A stretch of DNA of 64,000 nucleotides from an uncultured Flavobacteriales bacterium (GCA_938084135.1 CALKDS010000045.1:287-64286), one strand, 5' to 3'. Positions 40,858-50,720 are shown, counted from the stretch's first letter. The notes: a model not told the origin generated them from the sequence alone. Numbers and translations are program-made.

Positions 40858-40946
40858 ATTTTAAAAGAGCTGGATACCTCTTTGAAGAGCGTTAAATAAA
40901 GAACGTTGCTGCACAACAGCTTCCCCGAATTTTCAAACGGACTGCA

Positions 40947-40954
40947 AATGTAGA
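40947..40954 (-). promoter_or_regulatory. -7 promoter box TACATTTG, candidate promoter of the tRNA-tuf operon
   Basis: Exact TAnnTTTG on the minus strand, about 90 nt upstream of the first tRNA and downstream of the hpf stop. Confidence 0.3.
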
Positions 40955-40981
40955 AAATAAAAGGGTCTCCGCAAGCGTCTT

Positions 40982-41290
40982 TTATTGCTTTTTCAAAGTC
41001 TTTGGTTTTCGATTACTTCGGGACAAGAGTCGACCTATGCTTAATTGAGCCGAAGACAATGATTTTTCAAAGGTTTCGGAGCGTTTCTTAACAATAAGAT
41101 CTCTCCCCGGTAAATGGACACAAATCTCCGCCACCTTGTTTTTTTTTCTGCGATCTTTCTCTAATCTTAGGTGAATTCTAGCAGATTCTATGCGCGAGTT
41201 AAACTTTTTTAGTGTATTTATTCGATTTTGGACAAAGGAAATAAGACTCGAACTTGCTCTGAAATGGATAGCGCTGATTGATATATTCAT
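40982..41290 (-). CDS. hpf: Ribosome hibernation/translation inhibitor protein, short HPF/RaiA type
   Basis: 102 aa, S30AE-family-like pattern (MNISISAIHF..S..L..FV...I..L.KF...I....I.L). AAGGAG lies 11 nt upstream of the ATG. Confidence 0.8.
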   Translation of the reverse strand: MNISISAIHFRASSSLISFVQNRINTLKKFNSRIESARIHLRLEKDRRKKNKVAEICVHLPGRDLIVKKRSETFEKSLSSAQLSIGRLLSRSNRKPKTLKKQ

Positions 41291-41340
41291 ATTTTTTAAT
41301 TCTCCTTTAAATTACTTCTCAATTTTAATTACTTGTGACG

Positions 41341-42213
41341 TTAGCTTCTTGGGTGCGATTTTAAATATACACTTTTTAGATGCTCCATCGATGCATGAGT
41401 ATAAATCTGAGTAGTTGATAAATTCGCATGACCTAATAATTCACGAATTGAAGACAAATCCGCGCCCATATCAAGCAAGTGTGTCGCAAAAGTGTGACGC
41501 AAAATGTGTGGGCTTTTTGAATCGATATTACTAACTTTCTTGATGTACGAATGAACTATGGAATAAAGGCGTCTAGGATTTAAAGAGTTTCCGTTTTCAT
41601 CAAAAAACAAGCTTTTTTTTGATTCAAGTTCAGGCCAATCATGACAATGAATTTTATATAATTCTATCCATTCGGGAATACATGGTAATTCTCTTTCTTT
41701 GTTTCGCTTACCCAGAACTCTTATCCTCCGCGCATTTACATCAATAGAAATGGTTTGAAGACCTAAGAGTTCAGATCTCCGTAATCCAAAAGCATACAGG
41801 GTGAATAAAATAAATCTATCACGCCTGCCATAGCGGTTGTCAAGAAATAAATTCTCATTTAATAACGAATTCATTTCATCTTGAGTTAGAGCCCGTACAA
41901 GCCTTTTTTTTTCTTTTAAAGATGGAATACTTTGAGTAGGATTTTTATCCAATTCTTCGACTTCAGCTAAAAATTTATAAAAGCCTTTGAGAGCACTTAG
42001 CTTTCTATTAACCGAACGATGATCTAAACCCAAACCTACTAGGGAAGCAATCCATGATCTAACGTGAGTCCTATTTGCTTTTACCGGATTATTTAAGCCT
42101 ATTTGAAATTCTAGAAACAATAGATACTGATTAATATCCTTAATATAGGCAATAACCGTAGCCTTTGATAAGCGACGCTCAAAAAGAAGGTATTCTTGAT
42201 ATTTTAAAATCAT
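41341..42213 (-). CDS. Tyrosine site-specific recombinase, XerC/XerD-like
   Basis: Catalytic R (GLRRSELLGL), HxxR (HILRHTFATH), H...Y (LLGHANLSTTQIYTH). The ORF-track start at 42222 is TTG and lies inside a terminator U-tract, so ATG 42213 (MILKYQEY...) is preferred. Confidence 0.85.
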   Translation of the reverse strand: MILKYQEYLLFERRLSKATVIAYIKDINQYLLFLEFQIGLNNPVKANRTHVRSWIASLVGLGLDHRSVNRKLSALKGFYKFLAEVEELDKNPTQSIPSLKEKKRLVRALTQDEMNSLLNENLFLDNRYGRRDRFILFTLYAFGLRRSELLGLQTISIDVNARRIRVLGKRNKERELPCIPEWIELYKIHCHDWPELESKKSLFFDENGNSLNPRRLYSIVHSYIKKVSNIDSKSPHILRHTFATHLLDMGADLSSIRELLGHANLSTTQIYTHASMEHLKSVYLKSHPRS

Positions 42214-42220
42214 TGGTAAC

Positions 42221-42254
42221 AAAAAAGCCCCAAGAAGGTAAAGCTTCTTGGGGC
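42221..42254 (-). terminator. Strong rho-independent terminator after rpsU
   Basis: Perfect 11-bp GC-containing stem GCCCCAAGAAG / CTTCTTGGGGC with a 6-nt loop, followed on the minus strand by TTTTTT. Flanked by A-run and T-run. Confidence 0.8.
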
Positions 42255-42276
42255 AATTTTAAATATTTTCTTGAAA

Positions 42277-42471
42277 CTATTCTGCCTCTTTCATTTTAAG
42301 GCCTTGAACATAGTTCGCCTTTATAAATTCAGCCCTGCGACTTACGGATGGCTTAGTAAATGCTTGACGCTTACGAAGTTGACGCATAGTTTGCGTTCTA
42401 TCAAATTTACGCTTGAATCTTTTCAATGCGCGATCGATTCCTTCTCCTTCTTTAATTTGTATTACTAACAT
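42277..42471 (-). CDS. rpsU: 30S ribosomal protein S21
   Basis: MLVIQIKEGEGIDRALKRFKRKFDRTQTMRQLRKRQAFTKPS... is a canonical bS21 sequence, 64 aa. Confidence 0.95.
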   Translation of the reverse strand: MLVIQIKEGEGIDRALKRFKRKFDRTQTMRQLRKRQAFTKPSVSRRAEFIKANYVQGLKMKEAE

Positions 42472-42479
42472 AAGACACT

Positions 42480-42487
42480 ACCTCCTT
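42480..42487 (-). promoter_or_regulatory. Perfect Shine-Dalgarno sequence AAGGAGGT of rpsU
   Basis: Read directly: plus strand ACCTCCTT, with an 8-nt spacer (AGTGTCTT) to the ATG at 42471. Confidence 0.75.
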
Positions 42488-42499
42488 TCAATTGGTTGG

Positions 42500-42507
42500 C
42501 AAATGTA
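42500..42507 (-). promoter_or_regulatory. -7 promoter box TACATTTG for rpsU
   Basis: Exact TAnnTTTG on the minus strand, 28 nt upstream of the ATG. Predicts a ~20-nt leader containing the SD. Confidence 0.4.
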
Positions 42508-42573
42508 AAGCATTATTAATTAATGGAATCCATAAATAATTAAAATTTAATTTTAATCATGAAAAGAAGGTAC

Positions 42574-44103
42574 TCACTTTGACTTTATTGCTTCTAGGTA
42601 TTTTATTAGCTCCTCTTTAACAATTGGAAACAAGAGGTATAATCCAACCATATTCGGGAAAACCATAGCAAAAATCATAGCATCAGAAAAAGCCCAAATT
42701 GAATTCATACTTGCTGCTGCACCAATAATAACAAAAATCAAAAACAAAACTTTGTAAGTCATATCGGCTAACTTCCCTCTTCCAAAAAGATATTTCCAAG
42801 ATTGAAGCCCATAATAAGACCATGAGATCATAGTTGAAACAGCAAATAATACAACTGCAATCGTTAAAAACTCAGATGAGTAAGGAATATATTCCGCAAA
42901 AGCTTTGGATGTTATACCTGCACCTTCATAAGTCTCTCCATCAATTAAAACTCCCCCAAGTCCGTCTCCACCATATAAGAATGCGCCATTTGAATTAAAA
43001 ATAATTATTACTAAAGCTGTCATTGTACAAATAACAACGGTATCAATAAATGGCTCCAATAATGCCACGAGTCCCTCAGATGCTGAATACTTTGTCTTGA
43101 CAGCAGAGTGGGCAATTGATGCAGAACCTGCGCCAGCTTCGTTAGAAAACGCTGCCCTTTTGAAGCCTACCATCAACACACCAATAATTCCTCCAACACC
43201 AATAGCAGTGGGATTAAATGCTTCTTTTAAAATCAAGGCAATCGCATCATCGATATAACTATAATTAATAGTTAAAATATACAGACACGCAAGAATATAA
43301 AGTGCAGCCATAAGAGGTACAATCTTCTCGGTAACTGAAGCTATTCTTTTAATTCCTCCAATAATAATTACTCCAACAAAAGCTGCCAATATTAGACCAA
43401 TGACAGCGCCGGCAAAAGTCGTCTCAAGTCCAAGTAAATCTTTTAAAACAATAGTTGCTTGATTAGATTGGGCAGCATTACCTCCACCAAAAGAGCCTCC
43501 AATACAAAATATCGCAAATAAAACTGCTGATACTTTTCCAAGTTTTACCCATCCTCTGCTTTTTAATCCTTTGCTTAAATAATACATTGGACCACCATAA
43601 ATAGTCCCATCTTCCCCAACATCTCTATATTGAACACCTAAAGTACATTCAACAAATTTTGTGGACATCCCCAGCAAGCCACAGACTATCATCCAAAAAG
43701 TTGCTCCAGGACCCCCTAAAGCAATAGCTAGAGCCACCCCAGCTATATTACCATTGCCTACAGTTCCTGACACCGCTGTTGCTAGCGCTTGAAAGTGAGA
43801 AACCTCACCCTCTTTATTTCCAGTTTCATCTCGATCTAAATCATCATACTTACCCCTTACTACATTTATAGCTGTCCAAAAATGTCTAACATTTGGAAAA
43901 CCAAAATATACCGTAAAAAATGCTGCACTTCCTACCAGCAATAAAATAACAAAAGGGTAGCCTGCTATTTCAAAAAACACAATTTCCGAAAAGAAATTTG
44001 ATATTGGAGCAAAAGCCTCATCAATTCGTTTATCTAGACCTTTCTCCTGGGAATAAGACAGAAAAGGAACAGAAAAAAATAAAAATGAAAATAATTTTTT
44101 CAT
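42574..44103 (-). CDS. Alanine/glycine:cation (sodium) symporter, AGCS family
   Basis: ~11 TM helices. AGCS signature region GEVSHFQALATAVSGTVGNGNIAGVALAIALGGPGATFWM. Confidence 0.9.
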   Translation of the reverse strand: MKKLFSFLFFSVPFLSYSQEKGLDKRIDEAFAPISNFFSEIVFFEIAGYPFVILLLVGSAAFFTVYFGFPNVRHFWTAINVVRGKYDDLDRDETGNKEGEVSHFQALATAVSGTVGNGNIAGVALAIALGGPGATFWMIVCGLLGMSTKFVECTLGVQYRDVGEDGTIYGGPMYYLSKGLKSRGWVKLGKVSAVLFAIFCIGGSFGGGNAAQSNQATIVLKDLLGLETTFAGAVIGLILAAFVGVIIIGGIKRIASVTEKIVPLMAALYILACLYILTINYSYIDDAIALILKEAFNPTAIGVGGIIGVLMVGFKRAAFSNEAGAGSASIAHSAVKTKYSASEGLVALLEPFIDTVVICTMTALVIIIFNSNGAFLYGGDGLGGVLIDGETYEGAGITSKAFAEYIPYSSEFLTIAVVLFAVSTMISWSYYGLQSWKYLFGRGKLADMTYKVLFLIFVIIGAAASMNSIWAFSDAMIFAMVFPNMVGLYLLFPIVKEELIKYLEAIKSK

Positions 44104-44127
44104 ATGTTCTATTTCTTAATTAGAAGA

Positions 44128-45018
44128 TCAAATATAAGGAATCGCATCTAAGACCTCTCTAAAACTATGAGGTTTAAAGCCTAAATCTTTTTTTGCTTTC
44201 GAAATATCTAGGTCTGAGATCAAAGGACGCATTGCCAATTGCCCTAACGTTTGACTATCAACTCTATCGATCAGTGATAAATTGAAATCACCATGAATTG
44301 CCACATGCCGAACCAATTCAATAATAGAAAATTTATCTGAGCCTGAGATATTATAAATACCAAAAGATTTATTTTTCGCAATTAATAAACACCCTTCTGC
44401 AAGGTCCATAGACCAAGTAGGAGTTCTTATTTGATCATCTACAACGTTAATCTTATCTCCTTTGGCTAATTTTTTGCGAGCCCACAAAATAATATTGCTA
44501 TTCATTAAATTAGGGAAATAGCCCATAACTAGAGATGTCCTTGCAATAGACCATTTACAATTTGAAGATTGTATTAATTTTTCAGCTTCTAATTTAGATT
44601 TACCATAAACATTTAGAGGATTCTCTATGGCAGTTTCAGAGTATGAACCTGTTTTTCCGTCAAAAATAAAATCTGTTGAAATAAAGATTAGATGAGATGA
44701 ATATTTTTCACATGCCTCGATAACGTTTTGCGTTCCATCCACATTAATTCTATTACAATCACTAGGGTTAGCTTCACACTTATCCACATTGGTAAATGCA
44801 GCTCCATGAATCACGACATCAGGTTTAAAATCCGAAAATATAATTTCTATTTCATCAGAATTTAAAATATCCATGGCTTTAAATAGAATTCTATTTGAAT
44901 CAAAAATAGACTCCCTCTTAGCAGTTGCGCAGATATCAAATCGACCATTATTGACATGAATAAGAGATTGACCCAACAAGCCATTGGCTCCGGTTATTAA
45001 TATTTTCGTCCGTACCAT
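44128..45018 (-). CDS. rfbD: dTDP-4-dehydrorhamnose reductase
   Basis: Rossmann ILITGANGLLGQ, catalytic YGKSKLEAE, ~296 aa RmlD-like. Confidence 0.8.
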   Translation of the reverse strand: MVRTKILITGANGLLGQSLIHVNNGRFDICATAKRESIFDSNRILFKAMDILNSDEIEIIFSDFKPDVVIHGAAFTNVDKCEANPSDCNRINVDGTQNVIEACEKYSSHLIFISTDFIFDGKTGSYSETAIENPLNVYGKSKLEAEKLIQSSNCKWSIARTSLVMGYFPNLMNSNIILWARKKLAKGDKINVVDDQIRTPTWSMDLAEGCLLIAKNKSFGIYNISGSDKFSIIELVRHVAIHGDFNLSLIDRVDSQTLGQLAMRPLISDLDISKAKKDLGFKPHSFREVLDAIPYI

Positions 45019-45020
45019 AT

Positions 45021-45842
45021 TTATCTAGGCCAATAATTTTTCATTTCTTCATGCAGACGCATAGCCTCTTTATTTGCCGCTTCAGCATAGTTTTCATTTC
45101 TACCTGCATAGCAAATACTTCGTGACGCGTTTATTAAAACACCCATCCCTTGACCGGAACTAAAAGAACCAGACTTTAATACATTTTGAAGATCACCTCC
45201 TTGATGACCTACTCCTGGAACTAGAAAAAAATGATTTGGAAGCTGTTCCCTTATTTTCTTAATGCTCTCTGAGCGAGTAGCTCCAACAACAACCATCCAT
45301 TGCTCTGGGGATGTCCATTCCCTATATGAATCAATAACATGCTCATAAAAATAACGATCATCTTGCATTCTTTTCATTTGAAAATCTTGTGCGCCTGAGT
45401 TACTGGTCAAGCCCAATGCGATGGCCCATTTTCCAGGAATAGCAAATGGTTCAAGACTATCTTTCCCCATATAGGGAGCAACTGTTATGGAGTCAAACCC
45501 CATCTTATTTAAGATTCCCTCAGCATACATCTTCGATGTGTTTCCAATATCTCCGCGCTTTGCATCTGCAATGCTAAAGTGGTGAGGGAATTTTTTCAAG
45601 TAATTAGCAACTTCAGCTAAAGCTTCCCATCCTTCATGTCCCATCGATTCAAAAAACGCCAAATTCGGCTTAAAAGCAACAGCATGATCAGCTGTAGCAT
45701 CAATAATACCTTTGCAAAATTCTACAACTCCCTTTGAATCACCATTAAATAATTTCGGCATTTTACTCAAATCAGGATCTAAGCCAACGCATAGAACTGA
45801 CTTCTTAAATTCAATATTTTTTATTAGCTCTAATCTTGTCAT
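45021..45842 (-). CDS. pyrF: Orotidine 5'-phosphate decarboxylase (type 2)
   Basis: [28 protein letters not shown] motifs. 273 aa. Confidence 0.9.
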   Translation of the reverse strand: MTRLELIKNIEFKKSVLCVGLDPDLSKMPKLFNGDSKGVVEFCKGIIDATADHAVAFKPNLAFFESMGHEGWEALAEVANYLKKFPHHFSIADAKRGDIGNTSKMYAEGILNKMGFDSITVAPYMGKDSLEPFAIPGKWAIALGLTSNSGAQDFQMKRMQDDRYFYEHVIDSYREWTSPEQWMVVVGATRSESIKKIREQLPNHFFLVPGVGHQGGDLQNVLKSGSFSSGQGMGVLINASRSICYAGRNENYAEAANKEAMRLHEEMKNYWPR

Positions 45843-46918
45843 TCTCCAGTTCCATCTTTCATGCGTTGAGCATTTTCAGCTAATCGTAACTCATCTAATA
45901 TCTTTTTTATTTGACCATTGAGAACTTCAGTTAAAGAATATAAAGTAAGCCCAATGCGATGATCTGTCAATCTACCTTGAGGGAAATTATAAGTTCTGAT
46001 TTTCGCCGACCTATCTCCTGTACTAACTATTGTTTTTCTCTTTTCAGCAACCTCTTTATCTCTCTCTATTCGGGCTTTATCCCATATCCTAGCGCGAAGA
46101 ACAGTAAGAGCCCGATCATAGTTCTGGTGCTGAGATCTTCCATCTTGACACTCTACAACTATTCCAGTGGGAAAATGGGTTAATCTAACACCAGATTCTG
46201 TTTTATTGACATGTTGCCCGCCAGCTCCGCTAGATCGAAACGTATCCTTTCTGATATCAACATCATTAATTTCGACTTCAAGTTCATCAGCTTCAGGTAA
46301 AACTGCAACTGTAGCTGCAGAAGTATGAACGCGTCCCTGTGATTCCGTAGATGGAACGCGCTGAACACGATGAACACCGGACTCATATTTTAAAACTCCA
46401 TAAACAGCTTTACCTCTTACCTGAATACTAACCTCCTTATATCCACCAGCAGAGCCTTCTGTCGCAGATAACCATTCAGCCGTCCAACCTTCATTCTCTA
46501 TGAACCGTAAGTACATTCTGATCAAATCACCAACAAATAATCCAGCTTCATCCCCCCCAGTTCCAGCTCGAACCTCTAAAACAGCATCTTTTGAATCTTC
46601 AGGGTCTTTGGGGATTAACAGTTGCTGAATATCAGACTCTAATTCATCTAACAAAGGCTGAATTTCTTCGAGTTCTGAAGATGCCATTTCTCGCATCTCA
46701 GAGTCTTTTTCTTTCGATATTATCTCTTTAGCCTCATATTTCCTACCAGTTAAAATCAAATATTTATTTCGAGCTTCAACAACTAAATCTAACTCTTTAA
46801 ACTCTCTGTGCAGTCTAACAAATCGATCATGATCACTTGCCAATTCTGGTTGCATCAAAAGATCATTAACCTCTTGATGACGAATCCATATTGCCTGAAG
46901 TTTATCGGTTAAGTTCAT
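45839..46918 (-). CDS. prfA: Peptide chain release factor 1
   Basis: GGQ motif ([14 protein letters not shown]) and RF1-type PxT tripeptide ([10 protein letters not shown]). Confidence 0.96.
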   Translation of the reverse strand: MNLTDKLQAIWIRHQEVNDLLMQPELASDHDRFVRLHREFKELDLVVEARNKYLILTGRKYEAKEIISKEKDSEMREMASSELEEIQPLLDELESDIQQLLIPKDPEDSKDAVLEVRAGTGGDEAGLFVGDLIRMYLRFIENEGWTAEWLSATEGSAGGYKEVSIQVRGKAVYGVLKYESGVHRVQRVPSTESQGRVHTSAATVAVLPEADELEVEINDVDIRKDTFRSSGAGGQHVNKTESGVRLTHFPTGIVVECQDGRSQHQNYDRALTVLRARIWDKARIERDKEVAEKRKTIVSTGDRSAKIRTYNFPQGRLTDHRIGLTLYSLTEVLNGQIKKILDELRLAENAQRMKDGTGE

Positions 46919-48093
46919 TTAATATCATATATATGCCATCCATCAGGAGCCTTTAAATGAACTTGAGGTTTTTCCTGAGGTTCGACTCTCCCAATAATTT
47001 TTGCATCAATATTATACTTCTTTGAAATCGAAATAGCTTTTTCTGCAGCAGAAGGATTCATATATATTTCCATACGATGCCCCATATTAAAAACTTTGTA
47101 CATCTCTCTCCATGGAGTGCTCGATTCTGTTTGAATCAATTTGAACAATTCTGGAATATCAAACAAATTATCTTTAACTACTTTACCTTGAGTTAAAAAA
47201 TGTAAAACTTTAGTTTGGGCTCCACCACTGCAATGAACCATTCCGCTAATTTCATTTCTGATTTCAGTTAAAATATCCACAATTACCGGAGCATAGGTTC
47301 TAGTTGGAGATAATACAAGTTTACCAGCATCTAATGGTACCCCTTTAACTTGATCTGTTAAAGATTTAGAACCTGAATAAATTAATGAATCATCTATTTC
47401 TGGATTAAAGCTTTCCGGATACTTCTGAGATAGCAGCTTATGAAATATATCATGCCTGGCTGATGTCAAACCATTTGAACCCATACCTCCATTGAATTCT
47501 TTTTCATACGAAGATTGACCAGATGAAGATAGCCCCACAATAACTTGACCAGGAGATATATTAGAGTTATCAATCACCATATCTCTTCGCATTCTCGATA
47601 CGACTGTTGAATCAATAATAATAGTTCGCACCAAATCGCCAACATCTGCAGTTTCACCGCCTGTAGATTTAATATCTAAACCATTATCTCTTAAATCAGA
47701 TAATACAGACTCTGTTCCGTGGATGATTTCCGAAATAACCTCTCCAGGTATCAAATTTTTATTTCTACCTATCGTACTGGATAATAAAATTGGACCTGTT
47801 GCTCCGACGCACAAAAGATCATCTACATTCATTATGACAGCATCTTGAGCAACACCTTTCCAAACGGACAAATCGCCAGTTTCTTTCCAATACATATATG
47901 CCAATGAGGACTTCGTGCCTGCGCCATCAGCATGCATCACTATACAATGATCTGGAGACCCAGTTAAGTAATCTGGAACAATTTTACAAAAAGACTTAGG
48001 AAACAATCCCTTTTCTAGCTTTTCTATCGCCTTATGGACATCTTCTTTACCTGATGAAACTCCCCTAATTGCATAACGATCCTTTTGCTCCAT
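46915..48093 (-). CDS. purM: Phosphoribosylformylglycinamidine cyclo-ligase (AIR synthase), long form
   Basis: AIR-synthase-like N and C domains (HADGAGTKS..., [17 protein letters not shown]...). 392 aa. Confidence 0.85.
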   Translation of the reverse strand: MEQKDRYAIRGVSSGKEDVHKAIEKLEKGLFPKSFCKIVPDYLTGSPDHCIVMHADGAGTKSSLAYMYWKETGDLSVWKGVAQDAVIMNVDDLLCVGATGPILLSSTIGRNKNLIPGEVISEIIHGTESVLSDLRDNGLDIKSTGGETADVGDLVRTIIIDSTVVSRMRRDMVIDNSNISPGQVIVGLSSSGQSSYEKEFNGGMGSNGLTSARHDIFHKLLSQKYPESFNPEIDDSLIYSGSKSLTDQVKGVPLDAGKLVLSPTRTYAPVIVDILTEIRNEISGMVHCSGGAQTKVLHFLTQGKVVKDNLFDIPELFKLIQTESSTPWREMYKVFNMGHRMEIYMNPSAAEKAISISKKYNIDAKIIGRVEPQEKPQVHLKAPDGWHIYDIK

Positions 48094-48115
48094 TTAGCAA
48101 AGATAATGAAGGCAA

Positions 48116-50668
48116 CTATCGAATACGGATATAAGTTCCGGCTGGAATATCTTTTTCGTATTCAGGATTCAAAGACTGTAAGTCCCGCACCTTAATGCCT
48201 AGCTCTTTGGCAATGCTCCTGAAAGAATCTCCCGACTTAACCTGTCGGTGAGATGCGTCAAACTCCTTATAATCGCCCTTTACAGTCACTTTTAAAATCA
48301 TTCCAGAAAAAGGACGAATACCCCTAAGGCCTCCATTAAGTCGTTTTAAATTAGTCAAAGTAATGTCATTGGCACGGCAAATAGTTGTAAATGAGGGTCT
48401 TTCTCCAACAGTATATAATTTACCTATTAATACTTTTTCCTTTGTCTTAGCTGGATCTTTATCTATAGCCACATCTGGATCTACAGGCGGAACATAGTCA
48501 TCTCTTATCACGCGAAAATCTGTACGCCGGTTGATTTGATTTGCAATCTCTTGCTTTGAAGAAGACATCTTTTTAATATTTTGCTCCGTTAACCTTGTAC
48601 CTACTGGAAAAATATCTGAACCAAGGCCTTTATATGATTTAGGCATTTCAAAAGGAGTCGACTCACCCATACCAACTGGAACTAAGCGTTCTGGGGCCAC
48701 ACCTAATGAAATTAAATATTTTACCGATGTATCGGCCCTTCTTTGCGAGAGAATCATATTTTTATCATCAATGTCACTATAGTCAGTATGAGATCGCAAC
48801 TCGATAACTATATTCGGATTTCTCTCTAAAGTTTTAAAAACTGTGTCTAATGCATTTGTGGCACTTTGATTCAAGTCCCACTTAGCCAAAGCAAAATAAA
48901 CATCAGGAAGAACAATAGGAATTTCTATTGGGTCCATTTTTCCGTTCACTTCCGAGGTGTGCATGTATACGTTATCTGCTTCGATAAAATCAAAACTTTC
49001 AAAGTTCAAGCCTGAAGTATTTACCCCTGCTGTGTTGAATAAAAACTTCTTTTTATCAAAAGAAAAAGAATATTGCACATCACGATTAAGATCATCTGAT
49101 TCAACAAAGAAAGAACCATCTTTCAATGTTTTAACCACTTTAGAGAATCCATCATTTCCTGAAACTTTGACAGAAGCACCTCCAATTGGAGAATTGTCTT
49201 TGCTGCTAGTTAGGTTTCCCGCGATACGATATTTTAACGGAATCTTGTATAAGGTCCAGATATCGTCGCCACCAACTCCACCGGAGCGGTTAGAAACAAA
49301 ATAGCCATCTTCTAGACCACCGGGACGCAAAACAATATTAAAATCATCCGCAGCACTATTAATCGGGGCCTTCAAATTTTCAGGAACCCCAGTGGGTATA
49401 CCGTCCTCTCCAAGTTTCACTCGATAAAGGTCAAAACCTCCCATACCCGGAAGCCCGTTGGAAGCAAAGTACAAGTACCCATCATCATGAACAAAAGGGA
49501 AAAGTTCATCACCGGGAGTATTCACCATAGGCCCCAGGTTAATGGGTTCACCCCAACCCCGCTTTCTCTTGTCAACTCGCACAAGCCACAAATCTTTACT
49601 CTCTTTTGTACTACCCTTTAAATCCCCCGCAAAAAATAAAATTTTATCATCTTTTGATAACGATGGATGTCCCACACTGCGAGATGAATCAGCTGTAACT
49701 ACTACAATCTGTGGCTCCTGCCAGGATAAACCAGCTTTTCTCGTTGTGAATATCGAGCATCCTAATTGCTGCCGTTTAACCTCCATACAGCGGGTAAAAT
49801 ACATAGTCCTGCGCCGCGAATCAAAAACTGGTGAACCCTCGTGGTCTTCCGTATTAATTACTTCTGGTAAAAGTTCTGGTTTATTAAATTTTTGTAAACG
49901 AGCTGCTGCTGGATTTGACTTTGCTGCCCTTCCACGACTTCTTTTAGTTCGAGATGAGCCATCCGAATTCAATCTTTCTGTAATATAGATATCTGAAAAC
50001 TTTTGACCCGTCCAACCATCATCTTTGCGGCCTATTCCACCTTCTCTCATTGACGTAAATAATATTTCCTCAAACGTGTTTGGACGGCCACTAAATGCTA
50101 TACCAAAATCATTTGATCGAGAATTTAATGAAGTGAGATTTCCCACTTGGTAACGAGGAATCTTAGCTTCATTTTCCCATAGAACAGCATCTTTACTTGA
50201 TTCGATACCAATTTGACCTCGTGTATCATTCGGGAAAACCTTCAATAAGTCATTGTAGGCCACTATGGCCTCTTCATACTCTCCTTGGTATTTAAGCATT
50301 TCTGCAACACCTAGATAATTATCTACTATAGCCTGTTTTAATTTTATCGCCCTTTTATATTGAGCTTCAGCTGCTCGGTAATTAAAAGTAAACTTGTAGC
50401 ACTCAGCTAACCGATGTGCTATTTCCGCCTTCTCTTCTCGAGTCTTGACTTTGGAATAAGCTTTCTTAAAATGATCTATAGCTTCAGAATATTCTTTCGC
50501 TAGATAAAAATCATCTGCATTCTTAACAGACCTGGGTCTTTTCACAACCTCTACCTTCTCTTTAACATCAGGAATGGCAGTCATAGCAGCTTGCTGGGCG
50601 CCAATAGATCCGATGCATAAAATAGAAAAAACAAAGGATACGATGAGATGAGAAATAACCTTCTTCAT
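48116..50668 (-). CDS. Envelope protein: signal peptide + TPR + PD40/TolB-like beta-propeller + OmpA-like domain + two C-terminal LysM domains
   Basis: TPR-like helices (AEAQYKRAIKL, YEEAIVAYNDLL). PD40-like repeats (SP.FD.., LYF.S....GG.DL). OmpA_C block (VYFALAKWDL...ELRSHTDYSD...LSQRRADTSVKYL). LysM-like LYTVGERPSFTTICRANDITLTNLKRLNG and VKSGDSFRSIAKELGIKVRDLQSLNP. Confidence 0.8.
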   Translation of the reverse strand: MKKVISHLIVSFVFSILCIGSIGAQQAAMTAIPDVKEKVEVVKRPRSVKNADDFYLAKEYSEAIDHFKKAYSKVKTREEKAEIAHRLAECYKFTFNYRAAEAQYKRAIKLKQAIVDNYLGVAEMLKYQGEYEEAIVAYNDLLKVFPNDTRGQIGIESSKDAVLWENEAKIPRYQVGNLTSLNSRSNDFGIAFSGRPNTFEEILFTSMREGGIGRKDDGWTGQKFSDIYITERLNSDGSSRTKRSRGRAAKSNPAAARLQKFNKPELLPEVINTEDHEGSPVFDSRRRTMYFTRCMEVKRQQLGCSIFTTRKAGLSWQEPQIVVVTADSSRSVGHPSLSKDDKILFFAGDLKGSTKESKDLWLVRVDKRKRGWGEPINLGPMVNTPGDELFPFVHDDGYLYFASNGLPGMGGFDLYRVKLGEDGIPTGVPENLKAPINSAADDFNIVLRPGGLEDGYFVSNRSGGVGGDDIWTLYKIPLKYRIAGNLTSSKDNSPIGGASVKVSGNDGFSKVVKTLKDGSFFVESDDLNRDVQYSFSFDKKKFLFNTAGVNTSGLNFESFDFIEADNVYMHTSEVNGKMDPIEIPIVLPDVYFALAKWDLNQSATNALDTVFKTLERNPNIVIELRSHTDYSDIDDKNMILSQRRADTSVKYLISLGVAPERLVPVGMGESTPFEMPKSYKGLGSDIFPVGTRLTEQNIKKMSSSKQEIANQINRRTDFRVIRDDYVPPVDPDVAIDKDPAKTKEKVLIGKLYTVGERPSFTTICRANDITLTNLKRLNGGLRGIRPFSGMILKVTVKGDYKEFDASHRQVKSGDSFRSIAKELGIKVRDLQSLNPEYEKDIPAGTYIRIR

Positions 50669-50712
50669 GGATGCAGGAACAGTGTGAGTATTTAATTTTT
50701 CTTAAAAGTAGC

Positions 50713-50720
50713 CAAAAATA
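50713..50720 (-). promoter_or_regulatory. -7 promoter box TATTTTTG for the OmpA/LysM protein gene
   Basis: Exact TAnnTTTG on the minus strand, 44 nt upstream of the ATG at 50668. Confidence 0.3.

Noticed and set aside
41341-42213. Tyrosine recombinase next to a tRNA cluster as a marker of an integrated genomic island or mobile element
   Set aside because: It lies on the 5' side of the tRNA genes, whereas islands insert at tRNA 3' ends. It is flanked by rpsU and hpf. I could see no duplicated tRNA 3' segment or att-like direct repeat, and no cargo genes. The sequence is XerC/XerD-like with a housekeeping context.
42271-42468. 65-aa plus-strand ORF antisense to rpsU
   Set aside because: The rpsU frame is a canonical bS21. 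The antisense ORF starts with a non-ATG codon and has no support.
44104-44127. Possible glycine or amino-acid riboswitch ahead of the alanine/glycine:cation symporter
   Set aside because: Only 24 nt separate the symporter ATG from the rfbD stop, far too short for any riboswitch aptamer.
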